Of a stretch of DNA of 64,000 nucleotides, positions 36,789-47,525 are shown in pieces. The notes beneath the pieces are model-generated. The model had not been told where the DNA came from. It saw only the letters and a program-made list of their open reading frames with translations, and made no database searches. Origin of the DNA: an uncultured Paraglaciecola sp. (lineage in GTDB: Bacteria > Pseudomonadota > Gammaproteobacteria > Enterobacterales > Alteromonadaceae); NCBI RefSeq assembly GCF_937123705.1, contig NZ_CAKZKO010000011.1:6667-70666 (forward strand), written 5' to 3'. The position numbers and the translations under genes were made by a program. Position 1 is the stretch's first letter, and each line of letters starts with the position of its first letter.

Positions 36789-37886
36789 ATGAGCCGTTTT
36801 CGAGAGCAAGATAAAATGTTAGGTCAATCTAATAACTTCTTAGAGGTATTAGAACAAATATCGCAAATTGCCCCTTTAAATAAACCGGTGTTAATTATAG
36901 GAGAAAGAGGCACAGGTAAAGAACTAGTGGCCGCGCGAATGCATTTTTTGTCAAAACGCTGGGAACAAACCTATCTCACACTAAATTGTGCAGCACTTAG
37001 TGAGAACCTCTTGGAAAGCGAATTATTTGGGTACGAGGCTGGAGCCTTTACTGGCGCTGCTAAACGTCGTGAAGGGCGATTTGAAACTGCACATAACGGC
37101 ACCTTATTCTTAGATGAGTTGGCCAATACCTCGGGAATGGTACAAGAAAAACTATTGCGTGTTATTGAATATGGAGAATTTGAACGAGTTGGCGGCTCTC
37201 GAAGCGTGAAAGTGGATGTTCGCTTAGTGGCTGCAACTAATGAAGATCTACCTGCCTTAGCAGATTCAGGCGAGTTTCGAGCAGACTTGTTAGATAGGCT
37301 AGCATTTGATGTTATCACTTTGCCGCCTCTTCGTGAGCGTAGAGAGGACATCTTGATGTTAGCTGAAAATTTCGCCATGAATATGGCCAGAGAAATGGAA
37401 ATGGAGCTGTTTAGTGGTTTCACCGAAAAAGCTAAACGCACCCTATTGGATTATCACTGGCCAGGTAATATCCGAGAGTTAAAAAATGTAGTGGAACGCG
37501 CTGTATATCGTAGCAATAACCCCAACTTACCTGTGCACAATATTGTATTAGACCCATTTGAGTCTGTTTACCGACCGCAAAAAAGGATCAAAACCCTTAC
37601 TAATGCGCCTGGGCCTGTGGCAATAAATGCCTCTGTCGCCTCAACTGAAGCAACTCTAAAAACTCAAGTCGAAGTCGAACCTAAAGCAAGTACCGTCTTT
37701 GAGTTTCCTGTGGATTTAAAAGAACTTTCTCAAGATTTTGAAATGGATTTAATTAAACAAGCGTTAGCAGACAGTCAGTTTAATCAAAAGAAAACCGCAG
37801 AGAAACTTGGATTAACTTATCACCAACTTCGTGGTTATTTGAAGAAATACAATTTGTTAGATCAAACCAACGAAAATATGGGTTAA
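36789..37886 (+). CDS. pspF: PspF sigma-54 activator
   Basis: GERGTGKE, GAFTGA, HTH LGLTYHQLRG; divergent from pspA. Confidence 0.95.
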   Translation: MSRFREQDKMLGQSNNFLEVLEQISQIAPLNKPVLIIGERGTGKELVAARMHFLSKRWEQTYLTLNCAALSENLLESELFGYEAGAFTGAAKRREGRFETAHNGTLFLDELANTSGMVQEKLLRVIEYGEFERVGGSRSVKVDVRLVAATNEDLPALADSGEFRADLLDRLAFDVITLPPLRERREDILMLAENFAMNMAREMEMELFSGFTEKAKRTLLDYHWPGNIRELKNVVERAVYRSNNPNLPVHNIVLDPFESVYRPQKRIKTLTNAPGPVAINASVASTEATLKTQVEVEPKASTVFEFPVDLKELSQDFEMDLIKQALADSQFNQKKTAEKLGLTYHQLRGYLKKYNLLDQTNENMG

Positions 37887-37895
37887 GCTTAAGCT

Positions 37896-39533
37896 GTGAT
37901 TACGCTTAATAAACATTCAACCCGGGCAACACTCAATTCTATATTTATTATATTGATGAGCATATTGTTGGTTGCCTGCGATGCTTTATTGCAGTCGACA
38001 ACCGACGCTAATAGTATTGTTTACTGCTCGGAAGGTAGTCCAGCCAATTTTAATCCACAACTAGACACCTCGGGTACTACAGTCGATGCATCATCACACC
38101 AAATTTATGATCGCCTCCTAGATTTTGATCTTGAAAACGGTGATATAGTCCCGGCTCTAGCCACCAGTTGGTTGGTCAGTGATGATGGTAAAACCTATAC
38201 TTTTCAACTCAGAAAAAATGTCCCTTTCCATCAAACTCAAACGTTTACCCCTACTCGATATTTTAATGCTGACGATGTGTTATTTAGTATCAATAGGTGG
38301 CGCTTAACTGAGCACCCATTTCACCAAACATCGGGAGGTATGTATCCCTATATCGATAGCCTAAACCTCAGTGGACTAATTACCGACATTAAGAGTCTAA
38401 ATGCATATCGAGTACAAATTACACTCAGTAAGCCAGAGAGTTCATTTCTTGCGAACCTGGCAACGGATTTTGCGGTGATCTTATCCGCAGAGTACGCAGA
38501 CAAACTAATTGCGCGAAACCAAAAAAAGCTAATTGATCATCAGCCAGTAGGCACTGGACCCTATCAATTAACTAGTTTTCGTCAGGACCGTTATATTCGC
38601 TATGCAGAACATCCAGAATATTGGCGACAAATACCCTTAACCAAAAAGCTTATATTTGACATTACGCCTTCTAGCTCGCTTAGACTGGCAAAACTACTGA
38701 CAAATGAATGTGACGCCATTGCATTACCTTCCCACAGTGAGCTAGAGGTAATACGTCAACAAGAAGATTTAGTGTTAGATACACAACCTGGGCTAAACGT
38801 AGGTTTTTGGGCATTTAACACCTCTAAAGCACCTTTTGACAACCCTCAGGTTCGCAGAGCATTAGGCATGGCAATCGACAGAAATGCGTTGATTGAAGCC
38901 ATCTATTTCAATAATGCCATTGCGGCAAAAAACATTGTTCCGCCCACATCTTGGGCTTTTCAAGCAGATGTTAGACCGCTAAGTTACAATCCTATCGCGG
39001 CCAAGAAGCTGTTACGAGCGCAAGGTATTGGTGATGATTTTACAATGAATATTTGGGCCATGCCGGTACAAAGGGCGTACAACCCCAATGCCATGAGAAT
39101 GGCTGAACTGATACAAGCTTATCTACAAGAAGTAGGGATCCAAGTTAATATTATCAGTTATGAGTGGTCAAAATTCAGGCAGCGTTTAACCGAAGGTTTG
39201 CACGATTCTGTGCTAATTGGATGGTCTGCGGACAATGGCGACCCAGATAATTTTTATCGTCCGCTACTTTCTTGTTCAGCGATAGAATCTGGTACCAATA
39301 GAGCGATGTGGTGTTCAGAAGAATATGACACATTAATCAACCAAGCATTGCAGTTTGCTGACGTCAGCGAACGTACTTACTTTTATGGCAAAGCGAACGA
39401 ACTTTTGGCAGAACAACTCCCCCTGATCCCTATAGCTCATGCATCCCGATATCAGGCCAATCGGAATAAATTACAAGGACTCGTGATTAATCCTTATGGT
39501 GGGGTGCGTTTTGGTGGAGTGAAGAAGCACTAA
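37896..39533 (+). CDS. sapA: Peptide ABC transporter substrate-binding lipoprotein
   Basis: Lipobox LVAC, YCSEGSP..FNPQ, PVGTGP; psp-sap synteny. Confidence 0.88.
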   Translation: MITLNKHSTRATLNSIFIILMSILLVACDALLQSTTDANSIVYCSEGSPANFNPQLDTSGTTVDASSHQIYDRLLDFDLENGDIVPALATSWLVSDDGKTYTFQLRKNVPFHQTQTFTPTRYFNADDVLFSINRWRLTEHPFHQTSGGMYPYIDSLNLSGLITDIKSLNAYRVQITLSKPESSFLANLATDFAVILSAEYADKLIARNQKKLIDHQPVGTGPYQLTSFRQDRYIRYAEHPEYWRQIPLTKKLIFDITPSSSLRLAKLLTNECDAIALPSHSELEVIRQQEDLVLDTQPGLNVGFWAFNTSKAPFDNPQVRRALGMAIDRNALIEAIYFNNAIAAKNIVPPTSWAFQADVRPLSYNPIAAKKLLRAQGIGDDFTMNIWAMPVQRAYNPNAMRMAELIQAYLQEVGIQVNIISYEWSKFRQRLTEGLHDSVLIGWSADNGDPDNFYRPLLSCSAIESGTNRAMWCSEEYDTLINQALQFADVSERTYFYGKANELLAEQLPLIPIAHASRYQANRNKLQGLVINPYGGVRFGGVKKH

Positions 39534-40564
39534 TGGGTAGAATTTTACTACGATATACCAACCTTGTTTTAGTGACTCTATTCATTCTGAGCTTGCTGTC
39601 TTTTATCCTAGCCTATTTATTTCCAGGGCAAGCTATTGAGAATCTTACTGGCTTGAGATTGGACAACTTAACCACACTGCAAAGTAGTCAAATCCAGTAT
39701 AGGGTTACCGATAGTATATTTGCTCAATATAAGCATTATATGAGCGAGTTATTTGCAGGTAATTGGGGGGTCAGTTTCAGCTCGGGACTACAACTTTATG
39801 ACGAAATAGGAGATTACTTGCCTGCTAGTATAGAGTTAAGCTTCTACGCCTTATTCCTTTCTTTTGCTATTGGATTACCGTTAGGATTTCTAGCCGCTTT
39901 ACGGCATCATAAACTTACCGACTACAGCTTGTTGTCCGTAAGTTTGTTGGGCTACTCACTACCGGTTTTTTGGCTCGCATTAATCATGATCCTCGTATTT
40001 TCGTTGCAGCTTGGGTGGTTCCCATTATCGGGGCGTATTAGTTTAATATTCGAAATTCCCAGCATAACGGGCTTTATTCTTATCGACATTTTACTATCCG
40101 ATATAGTCGATAAACACACTGCATTTATGGATGCATGTCGGCACCTGATTTTGCCAACATTATCCATTGCGGTGGTCACTACTACTCTGATTTTAAGGAT
40201 CACCCGCCGCTCTGTCATTGAGACGTTAAATAGCGAGTTTATTTTAGCTGCATACGCGCGAGGATTAACACCAAGGCAAGTGTTAATGCGTCATGGCATA
40301 AGAAATGCGTTAATTCCCATCCTACCATTGTTAGCAATGCAATTTCCTACCCTACTGACCAACGCCATGATTGTTGAGAGTATCTTTTCATGGCCAGGCA
40401 TAGGTAATTGGTTAATACAGGCTATCTATCAACAAGATTACCCAGCTATAAGAGCGGGTATGTTAGCGGTTTCTGTTTTAGTCGTTATCTTTACTATGTC
40501 AATTGATATGACTATTCGCCTGACAGATCCAAGACGTAGAAGAGGTAAACGTGCCGCAATATAG
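39533..40564 (+). CDS. sapB: Peptide ABC permease
   Basis: EAA-like motif, SLPVFW, ESIFSWPG. Confidence 0.88.
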   Translation: MGRILLRYTNLVLVTLFILSLLSFILAYLFPGQAIENLTGLRLDNLTTLQSSQIQYRVTDSIFAQYKHYMSELFAGNWGVSFSSGLQLYDEIGDYLPASIELSFYALFLSFAIGLPLGFLAALRHHKLTDYSLLSVSLLGYSLPVFWLALIMILVFSLQLGWFPLSGRISLIFEIPSITGFILIDILLSDIVDKHTAFMDACRHLILPTLSIAVVTTTLILRITRRSVIETLNSEFILAAYARGLTPRQVLMRHGIRNALIPILPLLAMQFPTLLTNAMIVESIFSWPGIGNWLIQAIYQQDYPAIRAGMLAVSVLVVIFTMSIDMTIRLTDPRRRRGKRAAI

Positions 40565-41444
40565 CTTATATCAAGAAGAGCAACATCCATCTCCATTACA
40601 ATATACTTGGATGGAATTTAAAGAAAACCACATAGCTGTTGCTGGCTTATTAGGTTTTACTTTTATTTTAATTATTACAATTTTTTGCCCATTGTTAGCA
40701 CCCTTTGACCCAAATATGCAGCAAATTGGGGATTTACTTATCCCTCCTGCTTGGGATCCTAATGGCGGAATTACCCATTTATTTGGCACAGATGCCTTAG
40801 GACGTGATGTCTTATCTCGGGTGATTTATGGTTGCAGAATGACCTTTGGTATTAGCCTATTGTTGGTATTAGTAGCAATGCTATTGGGTGTTGGATTAGG
40901 AGCCTTGGCCGGCATGAGTAGAGGCGTTCGTTCGAGTTTTCTCAACCATACGCTAGATTCCATTCAAGCTATCCCAACCTTACTTATCGCTATTATTATT
41001 ATTGCCATACTAGGCCCTGGATTGGTAAACAGCATGTGGGCTATTGCACTAGCGCTGATCCCGCAATTTATGCACCAAACACGAGACTTTATACGCCACG
41101 AATTATCTAAAGAATATATTATGGCGGCCAAACTAGACGGCGCAACTAAATTCCATATTTTTGTTCACTCCATTTTACCCAATATGGGAGAAATGTTAGT
41201 AGTACAAGCCACCTTAGCCCTGTCTGTTTCTATACTTGATATCAGTGCTTTAGGTTTTTTAAAATTAGGTGCCCAAGCTCCATCGTCAGAATTAGGTGCC
41301 ATGCTCGTAGAAGGAATTGAAATTGCGTACATCGCCCCTTGGACTATAGCCCTACCCGGCTGCGCGTTAGTTCTAATGATGATTTCCATTAATCTTGTGG
41401 GCGATGGCTTACGGTCAGCGTTAAGAAATAGGTTACTGCACTAA
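40551..41444 (+). CDS. sapC: Peptide ABC permease
   Basis: FGTDALGRDVLSR, NLVGDGLR. Confidence 0.88.
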   Translation: MPQYSLYQEEQHPSPLQYTWMEFKENHIAVAGLLGFTFILIITIFCPLLAPFDPNMQQIGDLLIPPAWDPNGGITHLFGTDALGRDVLSRVIYGCRMTFGISLLLVLVAMLLGVGLGALAGMSRGVRSSFLNHTLDSIQAIPTLLIAIIIIAILGPGLVNSMWAIALALIPQFMHQTRDFIRHELSKEYIMAAKLDGATKFHIFVHSILPNMGEMLVVQATLALSVSILDISALGFLKLGAQAPSSELGAMLVEGIEIAYIAPWTIALPGCALVLMMISINLVGDGLRSALRNRLLH

Positions 41445-42439
41445 TGATTTTGCTTGATATCAAAAACCTTACCTTAGAAATTGATATATCCTCAGGGTGG
41501 GTAAAGGCGCTGGATAAAATCAACATGGTGATCCATGAGGGTCAAATTCACGCTTTAGTAGGAGAATCAGGATCGGGTAAGAGCTTAATAGTGAAAGCGA
41601 TTGTTGGGGCGTTGCCCAACCGCTGGCGGATCACGGCTGACCGTATGACATGGAAAGGAAAAAACTTATTAACCATGTCGCCCAAAGCAAGACGAAAATT
41701 AATTCGTAAAGATATATCAGTGATTTTTCAAAACCCTCTCGAATCCCTTGATCCCTCGTTAACTTTAGGTCAGCAAATAAAAGAAATGCTGCCGAGCAAT
41801 CAATTCACAAAAACCTGGTTTTGGCAAAACAACAAAGAAAAACACGCATTAGCAGTCAAATTGTTACATAAAGTAGGTATTAAAGATCACCAACAATGCC
41901 TAACGAGTTACCCACATCAAATTACCAACGATGTTGTACAAAAATTTATGGTTGCTATGGCTTTGGCATCTGAGCCTAAGCTTATTATTGCCGATGATCC
42001 CACCCGTGGAATGGAGATCACCTCTAAGACACAAATATTAAAGTTACTCGCTCGCGTCAATCAAGTAAAAAGCCTGAGTGTAATGTTCGTTAGTCATGAT
42101 TTATTAGCCATTTCAAGTATGGCCAGTTATGTAACTGTTTTATATTGTGGCCAAACCGTAGAAAGTGGCGAGCTCAAACAACTAAGAAAACGCGCTTTTC
42201 ATCCTTATACCCAAGCATTGCTTGATAGCGCCCCAAGTTTTCGAAAAGATCTTCCACCAAAATCTCCTCTTAGATCATTAGATGGCTCTATTCCTACTTT
42301 GCATCATCTACCTATTGGTTGCCGATTAGGCCCTAGATGCCCTAGAGCGAGGAAAGAGTGTGTGGCAACCCCGCAAATTAGACGGGTTCATACACATTTT
42401 TATACTTGCCATTTCCCTCTACATTGGGAGGCCAAGTAG
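41444..42439 (+). CDS. sapD: Peptide ABC ATPase
   Basis: GESGSGKS, HPYT, GCRLGPRCP. Confidence 0.88.
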   Translation: MILLDIKNLTLEIDISSGWVKALDKINMVIHEGQIHALVGESGSGKSLIVKAIVGALPNRWRITADRMTWKGKNLLTMSPKARRKLIRKDISVIFQNPLESLDPSLTLGQQIKEMLPSNQFTKTWFWQNNKEKHALAVKLLHKVGIKDHQQCLTSYPHQITNDVVQKFMVAMALASEPKLIIADDPTRGMEITSKTQILKLLARVNQVKSLSVMFVSHDLLAISSMASYVTVLYCGQTVESGELKQLRKRAFHPYTQALLDSAPSFRKDLPPKSPLRSLDGSIPTLHHLPIGCRLGPRCPRARKECVATPQIRRVHTHFYTCHFPLHWEAK

Positions 42440-43224
42440 TGGATCTTATTAATGTTGAAGCCTTGACCTTTCAAAATAAAGTAAAAAGCTTCTGGTCAAA
42501 AAGTACAGTAACCTTTGATTTAGGCCCCGTCAGCTTTAATTTTAAAGCAGGTGAAACCCTAGCTATTGTGGGTGATAATAGCTCAGGAAAGACCTTGTTG
42601 GCTAAACTACTGGTAGGATTAGAAACACCTAAAAGTGGCAAAATTTTTATGGATGGCGTTGAATTAAATAAATCCAATATTAGTGTTAGATGCCATGATA
42701 TCAGAATGATTTTTCAAAATAGTAACGAGTCTCTCAACCCTGGCCTAACCCTAGGCACAATACTGGATGAGCCTTTACGTCTTAACACAAAACTTAATAC
42801 CCAAGAACGCAAAAAACTCATAGAGCGTACATTAAGACAAGTTGGACTAATGGCAGAGCACCAATTTTTCTATAGACATATGCTATCGGATGGACAACAA
42901 CAAAGAGTCGCCTTAGCCAGAGCGTTAATACTTAGCCCTAAAGTAATTGTGGCTGATGAGCCTTTTGCCGCTTTAGATCCGTCGGTACGCTCCCAAGCCG
43001 TTAATCTGCTAATGAAACTGCAACGTGAATTAGGACTAGGTTTTATCTTTATATCCCACAACTTAGGTATTGTTAGGCATATATCTGACAAAGTCATCAT
43101 CATGAAAAATGGTAAAGTGGTTGAGTCTGGCAAAACTGACGTAATATTTAATTGGCCAAAAGATGAGTACACCAAAAAATTAGTGGACTCACATCAAGCA
43201 TTGCTTAACACACAACACAATTAA
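42439..43224 (+). CDS. sapF: Peptide ABC ATPase
   Basis: GDNSSGKT, LSDGQQQR, ADEP; probable GTG start at 42439. Confidence 0.86.
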   Translation: MDLINVEALTFQNKVKSFWSKSTVTFDLGPVSFNFKAGETLAIVGDNSSGKTLLAKLLVGLETPKSGKIFMDGVELNKSNISVRCHDIRMIFQNSNESLNPGLTLGTILDEPLRLNTKLNTQERKKLIERTLRQVGLMAEHQFFYRHMLSDGQQQRVALARALILSPKVIVADEPFAALDPSVRSQAVNLLMKLQRELGLGFIFISHNLGIVRHISDKVIIMKNGKVVESGKTDVIFNWPKDEYTKKLVDSHQALLNTQHN

Positions 43225-43261
43225 CGGGATAATCAGCGTGCCATACCATTTTGTAGCTATG

Positions 43262-44392
43262 TTACCCAACTAAGGCTAACAAAATTCCAGCAGCAACGGC
43301 CGAACCTAACACACCTGCCACATTTGGCCCCATAGCGTGCATCAACAAGAAATTATGATGATTAGCTTCAAGTCCTACCTTATTGACCACTCTGGCCGCC
43401 ATAGGCACTGCAGAGACACCTGCCGCACCAATCAAGGGGTTAATTTGTTTACTGCTTAGCTTACTCATAGCTTTTGCCATTAATATGCCTGCTGCAGTGC
43501 CAATAGAAAAGGCGATAGCGCCTAACGCCAGAATACCAAGGGTTTCCACCGTTAAAAATTTGTCGGCAGATAACTTTGAGCCTACCGCTAACCCCAAAAA
43601 TATGGTGACCACATTAATTAATTCATTTTGAGCGCTATTGCTTAGTCTGTCGACTACTCCCGACTCTTTCATTAGGTTACCTAAGCAGAACATGCCCACT
43701 AAAGGTGTAGCTGTGGGTAAAAACAAAATACACAGTAAAAGTACCGCTAAAGGAAAGATGATTTTTTCGCGCTTAGAGACCTCTCTAAGTTCGGGCATTT
43801 CGATTTTTCTTTCTTGCTCTGATGTGAATAACCGCATGATGGGTGGTTGAATGATAGGCACTAGCGCCATATAGGAATATGCGGCAACGGCAATAGCACC
43901 TAATAAATCGGGGGCAAGTTTAGAGGCTAAAAATATAGCCGTGGGACCATCTGCACCACCAATAATAGCGATGGCTGCCGCGTCTTGTAGTGAGAATTCA
44001 AACCCAGGTACCATATTTAGCGCAATGGCACCGAACAGCGTGCCAAATATACCAAACTGTGCTGCCGCGCCAAGCAATAACATTCTAGGATTAGCAATCA
44101 AAGCGCTAAAGTCTGTCATCGCTCCCACACCCATAAAAATAAGCAGCGGGAACACACCTGTATCTATACCCACATGATAAACCAGATAAAGTAATCCACC
44201 CGCTTCGCTAAACCCAGCCAGAGGAATATTAGTTAAGATGGCACCAAAACCTATAGGCAATAGCAGTAAAGGTTCAAACTTCTTAACAATCGCCAAATAA
44301 AGTAGTAAGGCCCCGACACTCATCATGAGTAACTGCCCTAACTCAAAGTGAGCGAGTGAAGTGCTTTGCCATAATAATTCGAGCTTTTCCAT
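43262..44392 (-). CDS. oadB: Oxaloacetate decarboxylase beta subunit
   Basis: [18 protein letters not shown]. Confidence 0.95.
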   Translation of the reverse strand: MEKLELLWQSTSLAHFELGQLLMMSVGALLLYLAIVKKFEPLLLLPIGFGAILTNIPLAGFSEAGGLLYLVYHVGIDTGVFPLLIFMGVGAMTDFSALIANPRMLLLGAAAQFGIFGTLFGAIALNMVPGFEFSLQDAAAIAIIGGADGPTAIFLASKLAPDLLGAIAVAAYSYMALVPIIQPPIMRLFTSEQERKIEMPELREVSKREKIIFPLAVLLLCILFLPTATPLVGMFCLGNLMKESGVVDRLSNSAQNELINVVTIFLGLAVGSKLSADKFLTVETLGILALGAIAFSIGTAAGILMAKAMSKLSSKQINPLIGAAGVSAVPMAARVVNKVGLEANHHNFLLMHAMGPNVAGVLGSAVAAGILLALVG

Positions 44393-44401
44393 TGCTGCGC
44401 T

Positions 44402-46192
44402 CTACCCTATCATTAATAAAGGTTGACCGGTTTGCACCGCATCGCCCTCTTTGGTTAAGATAGTGCCAATAACACCCGAAACGGACGCACGAATTTCAGT
44501 TTCCATTTTCATGGCTTCCATAATAATGACCACGTCACCAGCATTGACCTTATCACCTTCTGTGACTAAGACTTTAAAAATATTGCCGGCTAAGGGAGAG
44601 TTTAGCTTTTGTCCTTGAGCGGGTACCGGAGCTGCACTTTGAACCGCTGGTGCAGTATTCGGCGCAGCTTGAACCTTAGTTAATTCACCGCTTGGCGCTA
44701 CATCAACTTCAAATACTTGACCATCGACTCGTACTGAATACGAAGCAGTATTAGACTGCGATGTGCTTGTTGGCACTAGGGGCTCAGCCACTTTGGGTGC
44801 AGCGACACTTGGGATAGGCTCAAAGGCATCAGGATTGTGTCTGTTTTTAAGAAATTTTAAACCAATTTGCGGAAACAAAGCATAGGTCAACACATCGTCG
44901 ACCAATTCATCTGCGGTTTGAATCGCCTCTTTTTGCGCTATCTCGGTTAGTTCTGTGGTCAGAGTCGACAATTCGTTATCAATAAGATCTGCAGGGCGAC
45001 AGCTAATGGCGTCTTGTCCATCTAATACACGTAACTGTAGTTCCCTGTTAACTGGTGCCGCCGTCGCGCCATACTCGCCTTTCAATACTCCAGCGGTTTC
45101 TTTGCTGATGGTTTTGTATCGTTCGCCAGTGAGCACGTTAATTACAGCTTGAGTACCGACTATCTGTGAGGTGGGCGTTACTAATGGGATAAAACCAAGA
45201 TCTTCTCTGACCTTAGGAATTTCTAGCAGCACTTGGTCTAATTTATCTTCAGCACCCTGCTCTTTTAGCTGACTTTCCATATTGGTTAACATGCCACCTG
45301 GCACCTGTGCAATTAAGATACGGGCGTCGACGCCTTTTAGACTTCCTTCAAAGGGCTGGTACTTTTTACGTACCTCACGAAAATAGCTGGCAATATCGGT
45401 AAAATCACCGAGCGCTAAACCTGTATCGCGCTCTGTGCCCTCTACAATAGACACCATAGTTTCTGTGGCTGTATGTCCATATGTCATGCTCATGGATGAT
45501 ATAGAGGTATCTAAAATGTCGACCCCAGCATCAATCGCTTTTTGATAGGTCGCGGTACTCAAGCCAGTAGTTGCATGACAATGCATGGCAATAGGTACCT
45601 CGATTGATTCTTTTAATCGCGTGACTAATTCTTCACACTCATATGGCTTTAACAGACCCGCCATATCTTTGATGCAAATTGAATGCACCCCCATATCTTG
45701 TAACTTGCTGGCCATATCCAGCCATGTTTGCAATGAATGCACAGGTGACACAGTGTAGGACATGGTGCCTTGAGCATGAGCCCCTTGCTTGATCGCCGCC
45801 TTTACTGCGGTCTGTAAATTGCGAATATCATTCATCGCATCAAAAATTCGAAAGACGTCAATTCCGCTGGCGTGAGCCCTTTCAACAAATTTCTCCACTA
45901 CATCATCGGCATAATGGCGATAACCTAATAAATTCTGCCCTCGCAATAACATTTGCTGTTTTGTTTTTGGCATGGCCTTTTTAAGCTGGCGTATACGCTC
46001 CCATGGGTCTTCACCTAAATAACGAATGCATGCATCAAACGTGGCCCCGCCCCATGTTTCTAAGGACCAATAACCAATATCATCCAACTTACTAGCAATA
46101 GGCAACATGTCTTCTAGTCGCATCCGAGTGGCAAACAAGGATTGGTGGGCGTCACGCAATACAACATCTGTAATCGCTAGTGGTTTACGCAT
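44402..46192 (-). CDS. oadA: Oxaloacetate decarboxylase alpha subunit
   Basis: [22 protein letters not shown], biotinyl motif EAMKME. Confidence 0.95.
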   Translation of the reverse strand: MRKPLAITDVVLRDAHQSLFATRMRLEDMLPIASKLDDIGYWSLETWGGATFDACIRYLGEDPWERIRQLKKAMPKTKQQMLLRGQNLLGYRHYADDVVEKFVERAHASGIDVFRIFDAMNDIRNLQTAVKAAIKQGAHAQGTMSYTVSPVHSLQTWLDMASKLQDMGVHSICIKDMAGLLKPYECEELVTRLKESIEVPIAMHCHATTGLSTATYQKAIDAGVDILDTSISSMSMTYGHTATETMVSIVEGTERDTGLALGDFTDIASYFREVRKKYQPFEGSLKGVDARILIAQVPGGMLTNMESQLKEQGAEDKLDQVLLEIPKVREDLGFIPLVTPTSQIVGTQAVINVLTGERYKTISKETAGVLKGEYGATAAPVNRELQLRVLDGQDAISCRPADLIDNELSTLTTELTEIAQKEAIQTADELVDDVLTYALFPQIGLKFLKNRHNPDAFEPIPSVAAPKVAEPLVPTSTSQSNTASYSVRVDGQVFEVDVAPSGELTKVQAAPNTAPAVQSAAPVPAQGQKLNSPLAGNIFKVLVTEGDKVNAGDVVIIMEAMKMETEIRASVSGVIGTILTKEGDAVQTGQPLLMIG

Positions 46193-46217
46193 GGGATATT
46201 TCCTTAAAAATTATAAA

Positions 46218-46484
46218 CTAGTGTGATTGTCTATGTTGAAAGATAGCAGTGCTTATTACAGCTAAGGTTTTAGGAGACAGGTTTTCAGAACTGCTTAAGG
46301 TGCTTTGGGGAGTCACTGCGTGTCTCTCGGCACTATTGCGGGTTTCATCTGGAAAAAGTTTATTGATCCAAGCAATCAACGTAATAGCGCCAATTAGCAT
46401 AGATAAAAACAAAAATACCACTACCATACCAACTAATAGTAAATTGGCGGCTTCAACTAGGGCATCAGCGACATGAGATTGCAT
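46218..46484 (-). CDS. oadG: Oxaloacetate decarboxylase gamma subunit
   Basis: GM..VF.FL TM segment; position upstream of oadA. Confidence 0.88.
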   Translation of the reverse strand: MQSHVADALVEAANLLLVGMVVVFLFLSMLIGAITLIAWINKLFPDETRNSAERHAVTPQSTLSSSENLSPKTLAVISTAIFQHRQSH

Positions 46485-46639
46485 ATTCGGGTGATCTCAA
46501 AGTTAAATACTTATAGGAGATAAGTACCATGCAGCCTAATAAAAAACAACAAATCGCCAATAGAAAAAGTGCATATAGAATAAGAAAATATTCGGATATT
46601 ATGAATATTTATCCAATTTTAGGACGGGGAAGTAGCAAC

Positions 46640-46670
46640 AAAAAAGCCCACAGATAAATCTGTGGGCTTT
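46640..46670 (-). terminator. Terminator of the tRNA operon
   Basis: AAAGCCCACAGAT-AA-ATCTGTGGGCTTT. Confidence 0.8.
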
Positions 46671-46676
46671 AGTATA

Positions 46677-46753
46677 TGGTGCGCGTGGAAGGATTCGAAC
46701 CTCCGACCACCTGGTTCGTAGCCAGGTACTCTATCCAGCTGAGCTACACGCGC
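46677..46753 (-). tRNA. tRNA-Arg (ACG)
   Basis: GCGCGTGTAGCTCAG...CTACGAA...GGTTCGAATCC...ACCA. Confidence 0.97.
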
Positions 46754-46778
46754 ATTGCCATTTTATCTCACCAAACCT

Positions 46779-46870
<92 letters not shown>

Positions 46871-46895
46871 GGAACTAGATCTTACTACACATCTT

Positions 46896-46977
46896 CGGAA
46901 GTTGGTCTATTCGACTAATCCTGGTTATCTTTCTAAACCGCTAACTGTAAGGCCTTTGGCTTAGGGTTAACCTCTCC
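46896..46977 (-). pseudogene. Degenerate tRNA-Ser-like element
   Basis: Starts GGAGAGGT like the adjacent tRNA-Ser, contains GTCGAAT and ends CTTCCG; lies just downstream of the promoter. Confidence 0.35.
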
Positions 46978-46992
46978 TAAATGAGGAGCAGG

Positions 46993-47020
46993 ATTTTACC
47001 TATCCACATGAGTAAGTCAA
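46993..47020 (-). promoter_or_regulatory. Sigma-70 promoter of the tRNA operon
   Basis: TTGACT-16 bp-TAAAAT followed by a GC-rich discriminator. Confidence 0.7.
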
Positions 47021-47115
47021 ACACTTTTTATGAAGTTAATGAAGGCTTGCTGGCATTTTAAACGATTAAGCGCTAAGTGCTTAAAATTTGTCTAATTTAC
47101 ATAAACCTCAGGCAT

Positions 47116-47143
47116 AAAAAAAGCTGGTGTCCCAGCTTTTTTT
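47116..47143 (-). terminator. csrA terminator
   Basis: AAAAAAAGCTGG-TGTC-CCAGCTTTTTTT. Confidence 0.8.
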
Positions 47144-47157
47144 AAATCCAATTGCTA

Positions 47158-47373
47158 TTAGTCTTCGTCTGAGCCTGCAGCCTGATCTTGGGCGGCAAGT
47201 TGAACGTTTTTTTCAGCTTGGATACGCATATATATTTCTTCACGGTGCACAGATATTTCCTTAGGCGCATTCACACCAATTCTTACCTGATTACCTTTTA
47301 CACCTAATACAGTTACGGTGACATCGTCACCAACCATTAGGGTTTCTCCAACACGACGAGTTAAAATTAGCAC
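47158..47373 (-). CDS. csrA: Carbon storage regulator
   Basis: [10 protein letters not shown]...VHREEIY; GTG start. Confidence 0.97.
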   Translation of the reverse strand: MLILTRRVGETLMVGDDVTVTVLGVKGNQVRIGVNAPKEISVHREEIYMRIQAEKNVQLAAQDQAAGSDED

Positions 47374-47525
47374 TCTATTGCTCCTTATTTCCGTTAAAAA
47401 ACACGATTCCTTCGTTAAAGTTAGTGTAAATTACCAGCATAGCCAGAAAATTTACCCTATCGGTTTTTCCCTATTTTTGTTGTCACTACAAAAAACAACC
47501 GAAAAATTCATTTCATATTAAAGGT

